Source: Octopus sinensis
Taxonomy: Eukaryota
NCBI RefSeq assembly: GCF_006345805.1
Contig: NC_043022.1
Location: 6,200,001 to 6,264,000 of the forward strand
Length of the DNA: 64,000 nt
Direction of reading: 5' to 3'
Shown here one piece after another: positions 12,006 to 24,578 of this stretch (within the stretch, counting starts at the first letter, position 1; every line of letters starts with the position of its first letter). The notes beneath the pieces are model-generated. The model worked only from the letters and a program-made list of their open reading frames with translations. It had not been told where the DNA came from and made no database searches. Both the position numbers and the translations under genes were made by a program.

Positions 12006-12106
12006 GTAAAAGAAGAAGACTTGTTTGGAAATAGGAACCATGGACCTGCTATGGATGAATTCTTACAACTTATCGGAGATCGAGTGAAGCTGAAAGACTT
12101 TCCTCA
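12006..12106 (+). CDS. RAP1GAP: Rap1GAP exon, VKEEDLFGNRNHGPAMDEFLQLIGDRVKLKDFP(H)
   Basis: ctttag / gtaaat, phase 0/2; homologous to TSEEELF...KVKLQDFKG. Confidence 0.97.
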
Positions 12107-12484
12107 GTAAATATTTTACCATTTCTTGTGTTAATTTTTATAAATATTTTCTTCCCAAATGTTATTTGTAATTAGCAGTTCAACAAAGGAGACTGACAGA
12201 ATCGGTACCAGGCTTTAGGAAAAGAAATCATTATCACTGGTGTTCATTCATTCAACTAAAAATTCTTCAATGTGGTGCTCCAGCATGGCCACAGTCTCAT
12301 GACTGAAGCTGGGAAAAGATTTTTAAAAAACCGATGTCTAAGCTATTTTATTTTTTAGATTTTTTTTTCCATCTAAAAATAACTGTGTTTTTTCCCACCA
12401 AAACAACAAATGTGACTTTTCCCTACCAGAGCCACACATAACCGCAGCCAATTCCAAAATGCTTTCAAATATTTCTTGTTTCAG

Positions 12485-12614
12485 TTTTCGTGGAGGACTC
12501 GACACGAGTTATGGCCAAACTGGAGATTATTCAATCTACACCAACTTCAGGGATAATGAGATCATGTTTCATGTCTCAACTTTGCTCCCTTATTCAGAAG
12601 GGGATTCACAACAG
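12485..12614 (+). CDS. RAP1GAP: Rap1GAP exon, [43 protein letters not shown]
   Basis: tttcag / gttcgt, phase 2/0; FRGGLD and EIMFHVST signatures. Confidence 0.98.
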
Positions 12615-12769
12615 GTTCGTATTTCACACTTTTTGCTTTTCATGTCTTGTAGTAATTTAGATATCCCTTCAAAGAAATAAAATCATATACATACATATAT
12701 ATATATATATATATACACATACACATATGTATACATATATATATATGGGGTGGGGGGTAGTGGTGGCTG

Positions 12770-13038
12770 ACTGGTCCTGTGCTGGTGGCATGTGAAAACC
12801 ACCATTCGAGCATGGTCATTGCCAGTGCCACCTGACTCGTCCCATACCAGTGGCACGTAAAAAGCACCCACTACACTCTCAGAGTGGTTGGTGTTAGGAA
12901 GGGCATCCAGCTGTAGAAATCTTGCCAGATCAGATTGGAGCCTGGTGCTGACATCTGGTTTGCCAGCCCTCAGTCAAAATCGTCCAACCCATGCCTGCAT
13001 GGAAAGTGGACGTTAAACAACAATGATGTTGATGATGA
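12770..13038 (+). mobile_element. RTE LINE 3' tail
   Basis: ggcacgtaaaaagcacccactacactc...ggaagggcatccagctgtagaa...gatgatgat. Confidence 0.8.
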
Positions 13039-13060
13039 TATATATTACTTTGGATATATA

Positions 13061-13461
13061 TTACTCGTTACTCTTTTACTTGTTTCAGTCATTTGACTGC
13101 GGCCATGCTGGAGCACTGCCTTTAGTCGAGCAAATCGACCCCCGGGACTTATTCTTTGTAAGCCCAGTACTTATTCTATCGGTCTCTTTTGCCGAACCGC
13201 TAAGTGACGGGGACGTAAACACACCAGCATCGGTTGTCAAGCAATGTTAGGGGGACAAACACACAGACACACAAACACAACACATATATATATATATACG
13301 ACAGGCTTCTTTCAGTTTCCGTCTACCAAATCCACTCACAAGGCATTGGTTGGCCCGGGGCTATAGCAGAAGACACTTGCCCAAGATGCCACGCAGTGGG
13401 ACTGAACCCGGAACCATGTGGTTGGTTAGCAAGCTACTTACCACACAGCCACCTCTGCGCC
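13061..13461 (-). mobile_element. SINE family A, full length
   Basis: Near-consensus copy. Confidence 0.9.
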
Positions 13462-14080
13462 TATATATACATATGTAGTGTATATATAAAGGGACAATGG
13501 CCTACTGATTATGCTGTTGCACTCTGCTAGATTGTGGGTTTGATTTCCCTGGTTGGGCAGTGCTTTGTCCTCTTGAGCAAAACACTTCATTTCACCTTGC
13601 CATAATATTCTACCTCTTTTATGCTCTAACTGCCCAGATCTGACCTCTTACACCTAAACAATCATTGAAATCTCAAAACCACAAGGATATTGTATGATTA
13701 ATTGAAAACCACATGGCGTTAGGAAGGGCATCCAGCCGTAGAAACACTGCCAGAACTGACTGGGCCTGACGAAGTCTTCCAGCTTCACAGACCCCAGTTG
13801 AACCGTCCAACCCATGCTAGCATGGAAAGCGGACGCTAAATGATGATGATGAATAAATAAGCAATATATTTGACAGAATATAATCTCAATGCCAAAGAGT
13901 TGAGCTGATACCAAAAACACTTGGGGTTCTTTTTTCCCCCCTTTATTTTCCAGTGTTTTACTTTGGATAAATACAGGGCTGGCCAAAAGTCACCCGACAG
14001 TAAGCCAAAAGTCTATAAATACTATCTGTCATTCTGTGTTGCTGAAGAAGGACTTCAGCTTGAACAATTTCCATGATGTT

Positions 14081-14309
14081 TTAACCCTTTAGCATTTAAA
14101 CCGGCCATATCCGGCCAAAAGTATTCTGCCTGTTTCATGTTCAAACTGGCCAGATCTGGTCTCTCACACCAGCCCTACAATATCGTTTTAAAAATTAACA
14201 GTTACCTCATCAAAATCTCATAGCTACAAGATAATGCATGATTAGTTCAAGGCAATGTGGATAAAAAAGCATTAATTTTGGCAGAATAATGTGAACACTT
14301 AAGGGTTAA
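14081..14309. mobile_element. piggyBac-like MITE (PB2)
   Basis: TTAACCCTT...AAGGGTTAA. Confidence 0.75.
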
Positions 14310-14495
14310 GGTGGTGAGCTGACAGAAACGTAAGCACTCCAGGCAAAATGCTTAGTGGTATGTTGTCTGCCGTTACGTTCTGAGTTCAAATTCCACTGAG
14401 GTTCACTTTGCCTTTCATCCTTTCGGGGTCAATTAAATAAGTACTAGTTACTTAATCCCTTTGTCTGTCCTTGTTTGTCCCCTCTTTTGTGGGCA
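14310..14495 (+). mobile_element. SINE family B
   Basis: Match to 10628-10856. Confidence 0.75.
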
Positions 14496-14650
14496 AAAAA
14501 AAAAAAAATTTTTCGTGATGTTTCATACATAGTCGCTTATTAAATCCATTCAGTTGTTAAACATAAATAAATCTTGGAATCAAAGTGGTTTTTGATTTAC
14601 TGTCAGCTGACTTTTGGCCAACCCTGTATCGTTTCTGTTGATTGTACAAT

Positions 14651-14965
14651 TCTCTTCCCTCTCCAGCTCCATCGTTACATGTCCGTTAATCATTGCTCTG
14701 TTCTCTTCCCTCTCCAGCTCCATCGTTACATGTCTGTTAATTATTGCTCTGTTCTCTTCCCTCTCCAGCTCCATCGTTACATGTCTGTTAATCATTGCTC
14801 TGTTCTCTTCCCTCTCCAGCTCCATCGTTACATGTCCGTTAATCATTGCTCTGTTCTCTTCCCTCTCCAGCTCCATCGTTACATGTCTGTTAATTATTGC
14901 TCTGTTCTCTTCCCTCTCCAGCTCCATCATTACATGTCCGTTAATCATTGCTCTGTTCTCTTCTT
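14651..14965 (+). repeat. Minisatellite, ~6 x 51 bp, built from a 3' splice-site sequence
   Basis: Unit tctcttccctctccagctccatcgttacatgtcygttaatyattgctctgt; AG ends at 14666, 14717, 14768, 14819, 14870, 14921. Confidence 0.95.
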
Positions 14966-14975
14966 CTCTTTACAG

Positions 14976-15131
14976 TTACAGAGGAAACGACACATCGGCA
15001 ATGACATTGTAGCAATAATCTTTCAAGAGTCGAACACTCCATTTGTGCCTGGTGCCATTGCATCGCAATTCATCCATGCTTATATCGTCATTCAACCGAT
15101 CAACCCAAACACAGATGACGTTAAATATAAG
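14976..15131 (+). CDS. RAP1GAP: Rap1GAP catalytic exon, [52 protein letters not shown]
   Basis: tttacag / gtgaga; KRHIGND Asn-thumb intact. Confidence 0.98.
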
Positions 15132-15234
15132 GTGAGATTTATATTCAAACACCATGTGCTCCTCGTTTAGGGAGTTGATGGTTTCATAGACAAAACGAAA
15201 GGGTCGTGATATTCGAATGCGGTTATCTATAGAG

Positions 15235-15595
15235 GGGCAGGTGTGGCTGTGTGGTAAGATGCTTGTTTCCCAACCATGTGGTTCTGGGTTCAGTCTTGCT
15301 GCGTGGCACCTTGGGTATGAGTCTTCTATTGTAGCCTTAGGCCAACCAGAGCCTTGTGAGTGGATTTGACTGATGGAAACTGAAAGAAGCCTGTCGTGTG
15401 TGTATGCGTGTGTTTGTCCCTCACCACTTGGTGTTGGTGTGTTTATGTCTTTGTAACTTAGCAGTTTGGCAAAAGAGGCTGATGGAAGTAGTAACACGCT
15501 TAAAATGTAAAATAGTACCGGGGTTGATTCATTCAACTAAAAATTCTTCAAGACATTGCCCCAGCATGGCCACAGTCTAATAACTGAAAAAAGTA
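15235..15595 (+). mobile_element. SINE family A
   Basis: ggggcaggtgtggctgtgtggtaag head; opposite orientation to 13061-13461. Confidence 0.8.
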
Positions 15596-15687
15596 GTTTT
15601 TGTTTGAATATCGCAGCACAAAAATACAGACAGACTCCAAACTATCTCCTCACATAATCTTATGGATTACACAGAGATAATCTTTGA

Positions 15688-15916
15688 TTAACCCTTTCGT
15701 TACCGTATTTATTTTGAGAGGCTCTGTGTTTCTTTCAATTACTTTAAATATAACAAAGAATTTAGTAAAATAGCTTCGTTATCATTAAGCTAGTGTTAGG
15801 AACATAAATTGTGGCTAAGGTTTGGTGGCAGATTTTAATTCAGAACTTTTGGAAACAAGACATTTGTACTACAGAGCCAGAAGTGGTTTCAACCGGGTTG
15901 GTATCAAAAGGGTTAA
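15688..15916. mobile_element. piggyBac-like MITE (family PB1)
   Basis: TTAACCCTTTCGTTAC...AAAGGGTTAA; a degenerate second copy follows at ~15993-16215. Confidence 0.75.
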
Positions 15917-16349
15917 TTTGCAGATTTTGTTTCACTTGTTAGAAATAGCAGCCAAATTTTGTGCAAATTGAAGACACATTTGACTGACTGTCTTTAACCC
16001 TTTCGTTACTGTATTTATTTTGAGATGATCTGTGTTTTTATTTTAATTAATTTTAAATATAAAAAAGATTTTAGTAAAATAACTTCGTTATCATTAAGCT
16101 AGTGTTAGGGACATAAATTGTGATTAAGTGTGGTGGAAGATTTTAATTCAGAACAAGACATTTGTACTCAGAGCCAGAACCGGTTTCAGCCGGGTTGGGT
16201 TGGTAATGAAAGTGTCAAAGTACAACATAGCATGTATTGAGAAAATGTGTTAATGGCTACGAATTCTACTAATTACCTTCTTTAGTTTTCTCCTCCTCCT
16301 CCTCCTCACTACCATTAATCCTAATAACGATGGTTGTCTTTGTCAACAG

Positions 16350-16421
16350 GTTGCAGTGACTGCTCGTGATAATGTGCCGTCTTTTGGCCCTTCGTTGTCA
16401 CAACCAGCTATCTTCAACAAG
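16350..16421 (+). CDS. RAP1GAP: Rap1GAP exon, VAVTARDNVPSFGPSLSQPAIFNK
   Basis: tcaacag / gtaagt; homologous to [24 protein letters not shown]. Confidence 0.97.
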
Positions 16422-16631
16422 GTAAGTTATTTCAGTTACTCATTGACACTGCTCTGCCATAGCAATTGTGGCAAATATGTGCTCTTAGAACTTGGTCCCT
16501 GGAAGAGGGTTTGCCCTAGCTTCAGGTTGGTCAAAACCACTGGCTGGAAATCTCTGTCAGGGACATTCTTTTCGTATGTGGCTCACTTATCAACCACCTC
16601 ACCAACAACAACACTGAACACCTTTTTGATC

Positions 16632-16900
16632 TCCATGTGTCTAACACACGTGGACACGCCTACAAAGTCAGAAAACAACACAGCTCCCATGACTTTCGGA
16701 AACATTTCTTCACGCTAAGAGTTGCTGAAGCATGGAACAAACTGCCTGCGTCAGTTGTTGACTGCCATGACACTGCATCCTTTAAGGCCCTCATGCTTTC
16801 CGAAATCCGCCGAAACTACACCTGATTATATATACACTTTAGATGAGTTGTAGTGCACCTGAGCACTGTACACAATTATTATTATTATTATTATTATTAT
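16632..16900 (+). mobile_element. CR1/L2-clade LINE 3' end
   Basis: SNTRGHAYKVRKQ...FFTLRVAEAWNKLPASVV...FK ORF2 C-terminus, short UTR, (ATT)n tail. Confidence 0.8.
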
Positions 16901-17094
16901 AAGATGGCAGAATCATTAAGCACGCCAAACAAAATGCTTGGCAGTATTTCATCTGCCTTCATATTCTGAGTTCAAACTTCACTAAGGTTTACTCTTCCTT
17001 TCACCCTGTTAGGGTCGATAAAATAAGTACCAGTTGAGACCGGGGTCAATCTAATTGACTTACCCTCCCCCCGCCTCACCCCCAAAATTTCTGG

Positions 17095-17255
17095 CCTTGT
17101 GTCAATTTTGCAAATCAGTATCACCCCCTGATCCTTGTGTCAATTTTGCAAATCAGTATCACCCCCTGATCCTTGTGTCAATTTTGCAAATCAGTATCAC
17201 CCCCTGATCCTTGTGTCAATTTTGCAAATCAGTATCACCCGCTGAACCTTGTGTA
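17095..17255. repeat. Tandem repeat, 4 x 38 bp
   Basis: ccttgtgtcaattttgcaaatcagtatcaccccctgat at 17095, 17133, 17171, 17209. Confidence 0.92.
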
Positions 17256-18284
17256 CCTTTCATAGAATCCACCCTGTTTGTCACCCAGCTCAACACCATC
17301 CCACTGGTGCTTGGGTACCTTTAGCAGAGGCCACTTTATCGCAGACATTTAAGCTGGGTCTCTAATCTGCTGCCCTTCCTTATCTGATTTTCCCATTAAC
17401 TTGAAAAGGGGAACATGGCTTCAAATTGAGAACGGGGTCTAGAAATGAAAAGGACATTGTCAACTGTATTCACCCAACTTCTCAGCTCAAGTCCTGCCAA
17501 GACCTTCTTTGCTTTTCCTCTTCCTGGGGTTATTAAATCAACTAACCCCTACCCACAAATCTGTGGCTTTCTTTCTACACTACAAATTGTTATCATTCTT
17601 ATTAAGGTAGCATGCTGGGAGAGAAAGCTTAGCAGCATTTTGTCTATCTTCAGGTCCTGAGTTCAAATTCCACTGAGGTTGACTTTGCCTTTCATTCTTT
17701 CAGAGTTGATAAAATAAGTACCAGTTGAGTACTGGGGTCCGATGTAATCAACTTAACCCTTCACCCAAAACTGCTGGCCTTGTGCCAAAATTTGAAATTA
17801 CTATTATTATTAATTCAAATTAAAATGTAACTCCACCTGTCTCCTTAGTTTTAATCTACTGATGTTACTTAGCTTCCTTAATTAGCTCTAATTAACTCTG
17901 TTGCTCAGTATGGTAAATCACTGAGCTACACTGTTCTCTGTTGACATTCCCTCTCACCAAAACGTCTGCTAGGTTTCAGTTTTCAAAGATGAGTGGAATT
18001 TAAAACAATTAAGGGTTACCTGCAGGAAAGGCATCCAGCTGTAAAACGAGGCTTCAATGCTATGCATTCACCTAACCCATGCTAGCAATGAAAAATAGAT
18101 GTAAAATGAGAATACAACTTGTTGCTGAAACATGCTGTTTTTATTATGAAATAGTTTATTGCCTTCTCTGCGTCTCCCTCATAAGTCAGTTTGAAAACAT
18201 TGATGGTCTTTTCATTAAACATCCTGGCAGGTGAGACAATCAGTGGAGGGATTTTGTTGGTCAAAAACACATTTATATTCTTTT

Positions 18285-18500
18285 GGCAGAAACGTTAGCA
18301 CGCCGGGCGGAATGCTCAGCAGTATTTCGTCTGCCGCTACGTTCTGAGTTCAAATTCCGCTGAGGTCGACTTTGCCTTTCATCCTTTCGGGGTCGATAAA
18401 TTAAGTACCAGTTACGCACTGGGGTCGATGTAATCGACTTAATCCGTTCGTCTGTCCTTGTTTCTCCCCTCTGTGTTTAGCCCCTTGTGGGTAGAAGAAA
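18285..18500 (+). mobile_element. SINE family B
   Basis: Near-consensus copy. Confidence 0.85.
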
Positions 18501-18612
18501 AAAATATTATTTGTTTCAGTCATTGGACTACGTCCACGCTGGAGCACCAACTATGATATATACACATTCAAATTTTACACATTGTTCTGAATTATCAATT
18601 TTTATCTTTCAG

Positions 18613-18699
18613 GGACCGGATTTTCGAGAATTTGTCCTCACAAAACTCATCAACGCTGAACTTGCTTGTTTCAACGCAGCCCAATTCGCTAAACTTGGG
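18613..18699 (+). CDS. RAP1GAP: Rap1GAP exon, GPDFREFVLTKLINAELACFNAAQFAKLG
   Basis: tttcag / gtaaat; LTKLINAE signature. Confidence 0.98.
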
Positions 18700-18859
18700 G
18701 TAAATTTGATTTTTTTTTTTTCCTGTCCTTTTTTTTTTATTTCACTATTTCAAACAATAATTAGTTTGTTCCTCTCTCTCTCTTGCCAACATTCACTTTC
18801 CACCCCAACATTAACCCTTATCTGTGCCCCTCACCAAAGATCTTCTTTTCCTCATTTAG

Positions 18860-19096
18860 GACCGAACTCGTGCTGCTTTGCTAGACTCACTGTATGATGA
18901 CCTTGACAAGAGTAATGCCGAGATTTTTGGAGCTTCAGGATCGAAACAAGAAGGAATGAAATTGATAAACTCCTTCAAACGAGTGTTGAGCGGGAAGACC
19001 AGGACTCAGCCCCTTGATTCACGAGACAACAGGAAATCGAATGGTTTGCCTGCGCACTTGCCAACGGTTGGTGAAGATGAGAAAACCCCACCAGTG
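18860..19096 (+). CDS. RAP1GAP: Rap1GAP exon, DRTRAALLDSLYDDL...FKRVLSGK...EDEKTPPV
   Basis: catttag / gtgagt; homologous to ERTRAALLETLYEEL; 79 codons. Confidence 0.95.
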
Positions 19097-19828
19097 GTGA
19101 GTATGGACAACCATTATCATGTTTCCGATACTGCTATGAGTTGGACGCTTTGAAAGTAGATGGCCGTCTGGAGATTGTCTGTTGTGGCAGGGTTTGTCTT
19201 TTGCTGGATGCCCTTCCAAAGTGCCAATCACTTTACAGAGTGTGCTGGGTGCTTTGTGCATGCCACAGACCAAAATACCTTGTTGTGTTTAGTTACACCC
19301 CTTTCTGATTAGATCCCAACTTTGCCTCTCATTTATTTGGTGTGTGGTGGGGGTTATTAATTATCTGATTACTAAGTTGCACTTTGAAGAGTATTTGTTA
19401 ATCAACTTGTAGAAGACATTGGATCTTGGGTTAAGGATATGAAGACTGTGTATGGAAGATCAGGGCAGCTGGAAGGAAAGCGTTGCATTGGTCTGGCCAA
19501 TTTATCTGACCATTATTATAATTGGTGTAAACTCCACTAAAAATGTTCAGAAATCATAAATAAATTTGACAACAACTGGTGTAAGTCACAGGGTGCCCCC
19601 TGCTGCAAGGTCAATCATGGGGAAGTCACAGAGTTGTGTTTTTCCCAGAAAAAAAAAAGCATGACGTGTGTGTGTGCATATACAGGCTTCTCACAGTTTC
19701 CATCTACCAAATGCCTCTCTCCAGTAAATCCTTGCCCAGAACTGTATGAGGAGGAAGAAGAGATGAACTTCTTAATCTTCTAACTACATCTGGGCCAAAT
19801 TATATATTTTTCATAAGAAAATTCCATC

Positions 19829-20057
19829 TTAACCCTTTCATTACTGTATTTATTTTGAGATGCTCTGTGTTTCTTTCAATTACTTTAAATATAACAAAGA
19901 ATTTAGTAAAATAACTTTGTTACCATTCAGCTAGTGTTAGGAACATAAATTGTGACTAAGGTTTGATGGAAGATTTTAATTCAGAACTTATGAAAACAAG
20001 ACATTTATACTACAGAGCCAGAGCCGGTTTCAGCCAGGTTGGTAACGAAAGGGTTAA
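19829..20057. mobile_element. piggyBac-like MITE (PB1)
   Basis: TTAACCCTTT...GTAACGAAAGGGTTAA. Confidence 0.8.
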
Positions 20058-20166
20058 CACACTCAGAAGATGAGAAAGTACAAGAACCAAATTAAAATTT
20101 GTGGATGTTAAAACTTCAATTTCAATCATCGTTTATTTTTCTTTTTTTCTTTCTTCTTCCATCCAG

Positions 20167-20240
20167 GTCAAGAAATCCCCAACCAACTTCAACAGCCTAA
20201 CTCGCAATTTCTCTGGAGGTTTTGACAAAAAGAACAAAAT
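20167..20240 (+). CDS. RAP1GAP: Rap1GAP exon, VKKSPTNFNSLTRNFSGGFDKKNK(M)
   Basis: Long pyrimidine tract plus atccag / gtatgt, phase 0/2 fits neighbours. Confidence 0.85.
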
Positions 20241-20386
20241 GTATGTTAAAACAGATTCTCTCTGAAGCATGCCCAAAATGTTATCCTCTTCTTCTTCTTC
20301 TCGGCACATAGCATCGGCAGCTGTTTACCTATCGGTCTTATTGCACTTTCTTCTACATCGGGTTCATGTTTTTATGCTTTGTCTCC

Positions 20387-20790
20387 TTTGAAATTATGTT
20401 TCTATAAACAGGGTTTGGATTGGTTTAGGGCAGTGGTTTGCAACCCTTTTATGTAAATTTGTTTTCCCATGGCCCCCTTTTAATATACTTTGAAATTATG
20501 TTTCTATAAACAGGGTTTGGATTGGTTTAGGGCAGTGGTTTGCAACCCTTTTATGTAAATTTGTTTTCCCATGGCCCCCTTTTAATATACTTTGAAATTA
20601 TGTTTCTATAAACAGGGTTTGAATTGGTTTAGGGCAGTGGTTTGCAACCCTTTTATGTAAATTTGTTTTCCCATGGCCCCCTTTTAATATACTTTGAAAT
20701 TATGTTTCTATAAACAGGGTTTGGATTGGTTTAGGGCAGTGGTTTGCAACCCTTTTATGTAAATTTGTTTTCCCATGGCCCCCTTTTAAT
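20387..20790. repeat. Tandem repeat, 4 x 102 bp, containing a hAT TIR
   Basis: Units start 20387, 20489, 20591, 20693. Confidence 0.92.
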
Positions 20791-21088
20791 ATGCTTACTT
20801 TTATATATATCATCATCATTGTTTAACGTCCGTTTTCCATGCTGGCATGGGTTAGATGGTTTGACTGAGGTCTGGAGAGCCAGCGGCTGCACCAGGCTCC
20901 AGTCTGATCTGGCAGTGTTTCTACAGCTGGATGCCCTTCCTAATGCCAACCACTCTGAGAGTGTAGTGAGTGCTTTTTATGTGCCACTGACATATATATG
21001 TATATGAAATTTTGAATTTAGTTCATGTACCCCCAGTACTACCTTTGCAGACCACCAGGGTCCACAGACCACAGTTTGGGAACCACTG
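20737..21088. mobile_element. hAT-type MITE interrupted by an RTE tail (20811-20988, minus)
   Basis: cagtggtttgcaacc / gtttgggaaccactg; 8-bp TSD gtttaggg / atttaggg. Confidence 0.7.
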
Positions 21089-21706
21089 ATTTAGGGGGTA
21101 AAAACAGGGGCAAGGAAAGAGTTTTAATGGCAGTGAAAGAAAATGTGGAGGAGACTAGTCGCAGTAGTGATGGGGAAGGGTTAGGGTAAGTAAATCTATT
21201 TATTGAATAGGGTCAGTTGTAAGTTGGGAACCCAATGAAATAGCAGCAGAGGGGTGGATGGAGAGGAGGAAAGGTGTAGGTCGGTAACGAGCAATTAGCT
21301 GTTAATTAGAATGAACAGCTTTAATATGAATGTGGTCTAGAATATGCAGATGTATGATAAACATTTTACCACAGATGTATAAACTTTTCAATAACATAGA
21401 ACATAGGTTCTGTGATCTAATTTATAACATGGAACATGGTTATTTGAGGGCTGGCAACTGTCTTTTGCTGAAGTATTTTTGAACTGAAAATAATAATAAA
21501 ACCCAGATTTCATATACAGGATTTGTTGTTTAAAATATCAGGGATTTTGATGCTTTATTCCTGTTTTTGTTCAAGAGATGATGGAGCAGTGAAGATAGGT
21601 TTATGTTGAGAGTTACTGTCAGGATTCCGGAACCGTTGTTGTACCATTGTTAAATCTTCGGTGTAAGATCTTTATAAAGGTCATGGCAAGAGTTGATGGG
21701 GTCCTA

Positions 21707-22063
21707 TACTCTTTTACTTGTTTCAGTCATTTGACTGCGGCCATGCTGGAGCACCGCCTTTTTTTAGTCGAGCAAATCGACCCCGGGACTTATTCTATCG
21801 GTCTCTTTTGCCGAACCACTAAGTGACGGGGACGTAAACACACCAGCATCGGTTGTCAAGCGATGCTAGGGGGACAAACACAGACACACAAACATATATA
21901 CGACGGGCTTCTTTCAGTTTCCGTCTACCAAATCCACTCACAAGGCATTGGTCGGCCCGGGGCTATAGCAGAAGACACTTACCCAAGATGTCACGCAGTG
22001 GGACTGAACCCGGAACCATGTGGTTGGTTAGCAAGCTACTTACCACACAGCCACTCCTGCGCC
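21707..22063 (-). mobile_element. SINE family A
   Basis: Near-consensus copy. Confidence 0.9.
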
Positions 22064-23027
22064 TATATTCCTATGTGAATAACTTAATAATTTTTATAAT
22101 TGGCTTGTGTGTCCAGGTGGGAAGGAGGGAGCCTTCAGGGTTGGAAGGGGACTTGGAATATATTGAATTAATAAACTTTATAATTGCATGTGTTTTCTCA
22201 GGTGAATCAGCCAAATCTTGTGTATTTCTTTGATAATATATTATTACCTTTGTGACACGGAAGCCGTAAACTTCGTTATAAATTAAACAGTCGGACTTCA
22301 TTTGCCTAAAATAGTTGCCATGACAATTCAAAAGAATAGGAAATAAGATAATCGCCATTAACAACGAACATCATTTCTTTATGTCTTTGAGATACCCCAT
22401 TCTATTTAACCAATTACCTCTGTGTAATAGTCCTTCTCAATCTGAGTTGATAAAGGTCTACCGACCCCTTCATCACACAAGAAGAAGTCTTCATAAAACT
22501 TAGTCTTACTGCTGGCTTGCTTCTCAGTTGACCCCTATTAATTGCATCCCCTAATGTCAGTTTAGCTTTTCAGTAAATCTGAAACCCCAAATCTATTGCT
22601 TCTAAAACTCAAAACCCCATTTTTATTCTGAGTAGATCTTACTTTCTGATCCCCTTTCTCTCCCCGCCTCCCACCCACACCTGGAAGCATCCAGCTTTGT
22701 TTGTTCGCTTATAAATCAAATGCAATTAAAAGCATGAATTAATTAATGTAATATGGCACACAGTGTTGTAAACTAAAGCCCTGCCACCCCACAGATTTGC
22801 TAACCTCATATCTTCTTTAAACGGTTTTCCAGTCGTCTTCCAATGTCTCTCACTAATAAAATTAATTCTTGAGTTTTTTTTTTTTCTTTTCATTATAAAA
22901 CCCTTCGTCATCTGACAGGAAAATATCTCCTATTTCTGAAGTGGGGGGGGGAATATCTTTAAAATAGTAAATTTTTAGGCAGAAGTGATTTTAACCAACT
23001 CTAATTGTTTTTATTCTAATTTGCTAG

Positions 23028-23126
23028 GAATCGAATCGATAGTCAGAGCAGCCAGTCAACGTATCGAACATGCAGTACTCCCCCAAGCCCACAGTCCAGT
23101 CCTAGCAGCTCAAACTCCACATCAAG
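23028..23126 (+). CDS. RAP1GAP: Rap1GAP exon, NRIDSQSSQSTYRTCSTPPSPQSSPSSSNSTS(R)
   Basis: ttgctag / gtatac, phase 2/2; Ser-rich tail. Confidence 0.82.
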
Positions 23127-24534
23127 GTATACACAGCCACATTAGTACAAAACATCAAACATTGTCTGACGTTTTTTAACAAACAGAAAATAATTGAAAA
23201 AAAAAAAAAACAACTGGTCTATCACACACACACACGTGTATGTTGAGCCTGTTACCTGACCTGCTAGAAGCAAAATAGATAAATAACATCTGCTCATCTT
23301 AACCCTAGATACACTGTGTCTGTGAAAAAAAAAAAAAGGCAGGATGGTCATGGATTGAAAGTCTTTGATTCCAGTTCTCACTGATCAGAATTCACATACA
23401 GCAAAACAATACATTAAAACTAATCTATACACACACACACACACATATACATACATACATATATATATATATGTATGTATGTACATACACACATTCATAT
23501 ATACATAGGCATACATACACACATATACACACATACAGACACACACACACAGGGTTGTCCAAAGCATTGAATCTAATGGCTCTTTGCTTTTTACTTTTTA
23601 ATAATTTTCCATCAAATGGTTCTCTTATGGAATTTTTCTGACTGGATCAAAACTGTTCTCATGGCCCTGAGATTTGGGCCCTTACTTAATGAGCTCCCAG
23701 CAAGGGTTTCAACAATTTTGATCTTTCGAAGGTTTTGAGTCCATTGCCAGTCTGTAAAGTCAAAACAAATTTGGTTACAAAGAAAAAAAATATGTAATAT
23801 AAATACAAAAAAAAAATAAACACACAAACCAAACATATACATACATATGCACATATGTGTGTAGAATAACAAATACAAAGGAAAATAAGGGAAAGTTTCT
23901 AACAATCCAAAGAGGAATGGTCGAAAGACCCTTGTTTTTCAGGCACAAAAGATCCATTTTCTGAAGGAAAGAAAGGTCTTTGTAGGTCCAGCCCCTTGAA
24001 AGCCGACTGCACCCTTCAAAAGATGGGCCTTTTGCACCCCAAATATATTGAGGTTTTACAACTTTCCTCATCTCCAATTTCATTTATTATCATACAATGC
24101 TTCAAACAAATCATAACACTTGTCTTATATACATGTGTATGTTAGGCCAATTATCTATGGATCTCGAGTTTTTGGGGCCACTCCGTATTCCATATATGTA
24201 AACTTCCCTGAGAAGGACCCGAAGGACCAAACACTTCATTCACGTCTGTTGTCTTAGTTTCTGTGATTTTCATTGGGATTGTTTCTTGTTGCACAGCTTG
24301 CACCCATAATCAATTTTAGGGATCTTTCTGCATAAATTCACGGAGCATGAAACTTGAGCTACACTTGCAGCCGGTTACCCGAGTCCACACTTCACTTTAT
24401 CTTGACCCCCCACCCCAAGCATTCCTTCACAACAACACAGAAATATATTTACATGAATCATCTAATTCGTTTGTTCATAACAGTAAAGGATGTGAATGTA
24501 ATTAAGGAAATGAATCTATATTACACATACGTAC

Positions 24535-24578
<44 letters not shown>

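Noticed and set aside
14580-15012. Repetitive ORFs in other frames ([10 protein letters not shown].., [10 protein letters not shown]..)
   Set aside because: By-products of a 51-bp stop-free repeat
24200-24240. Hammerhead-like ctgagaaggacccgaaggaccaaac
   Set aside because: G8, G12 and stem II are all disrupted
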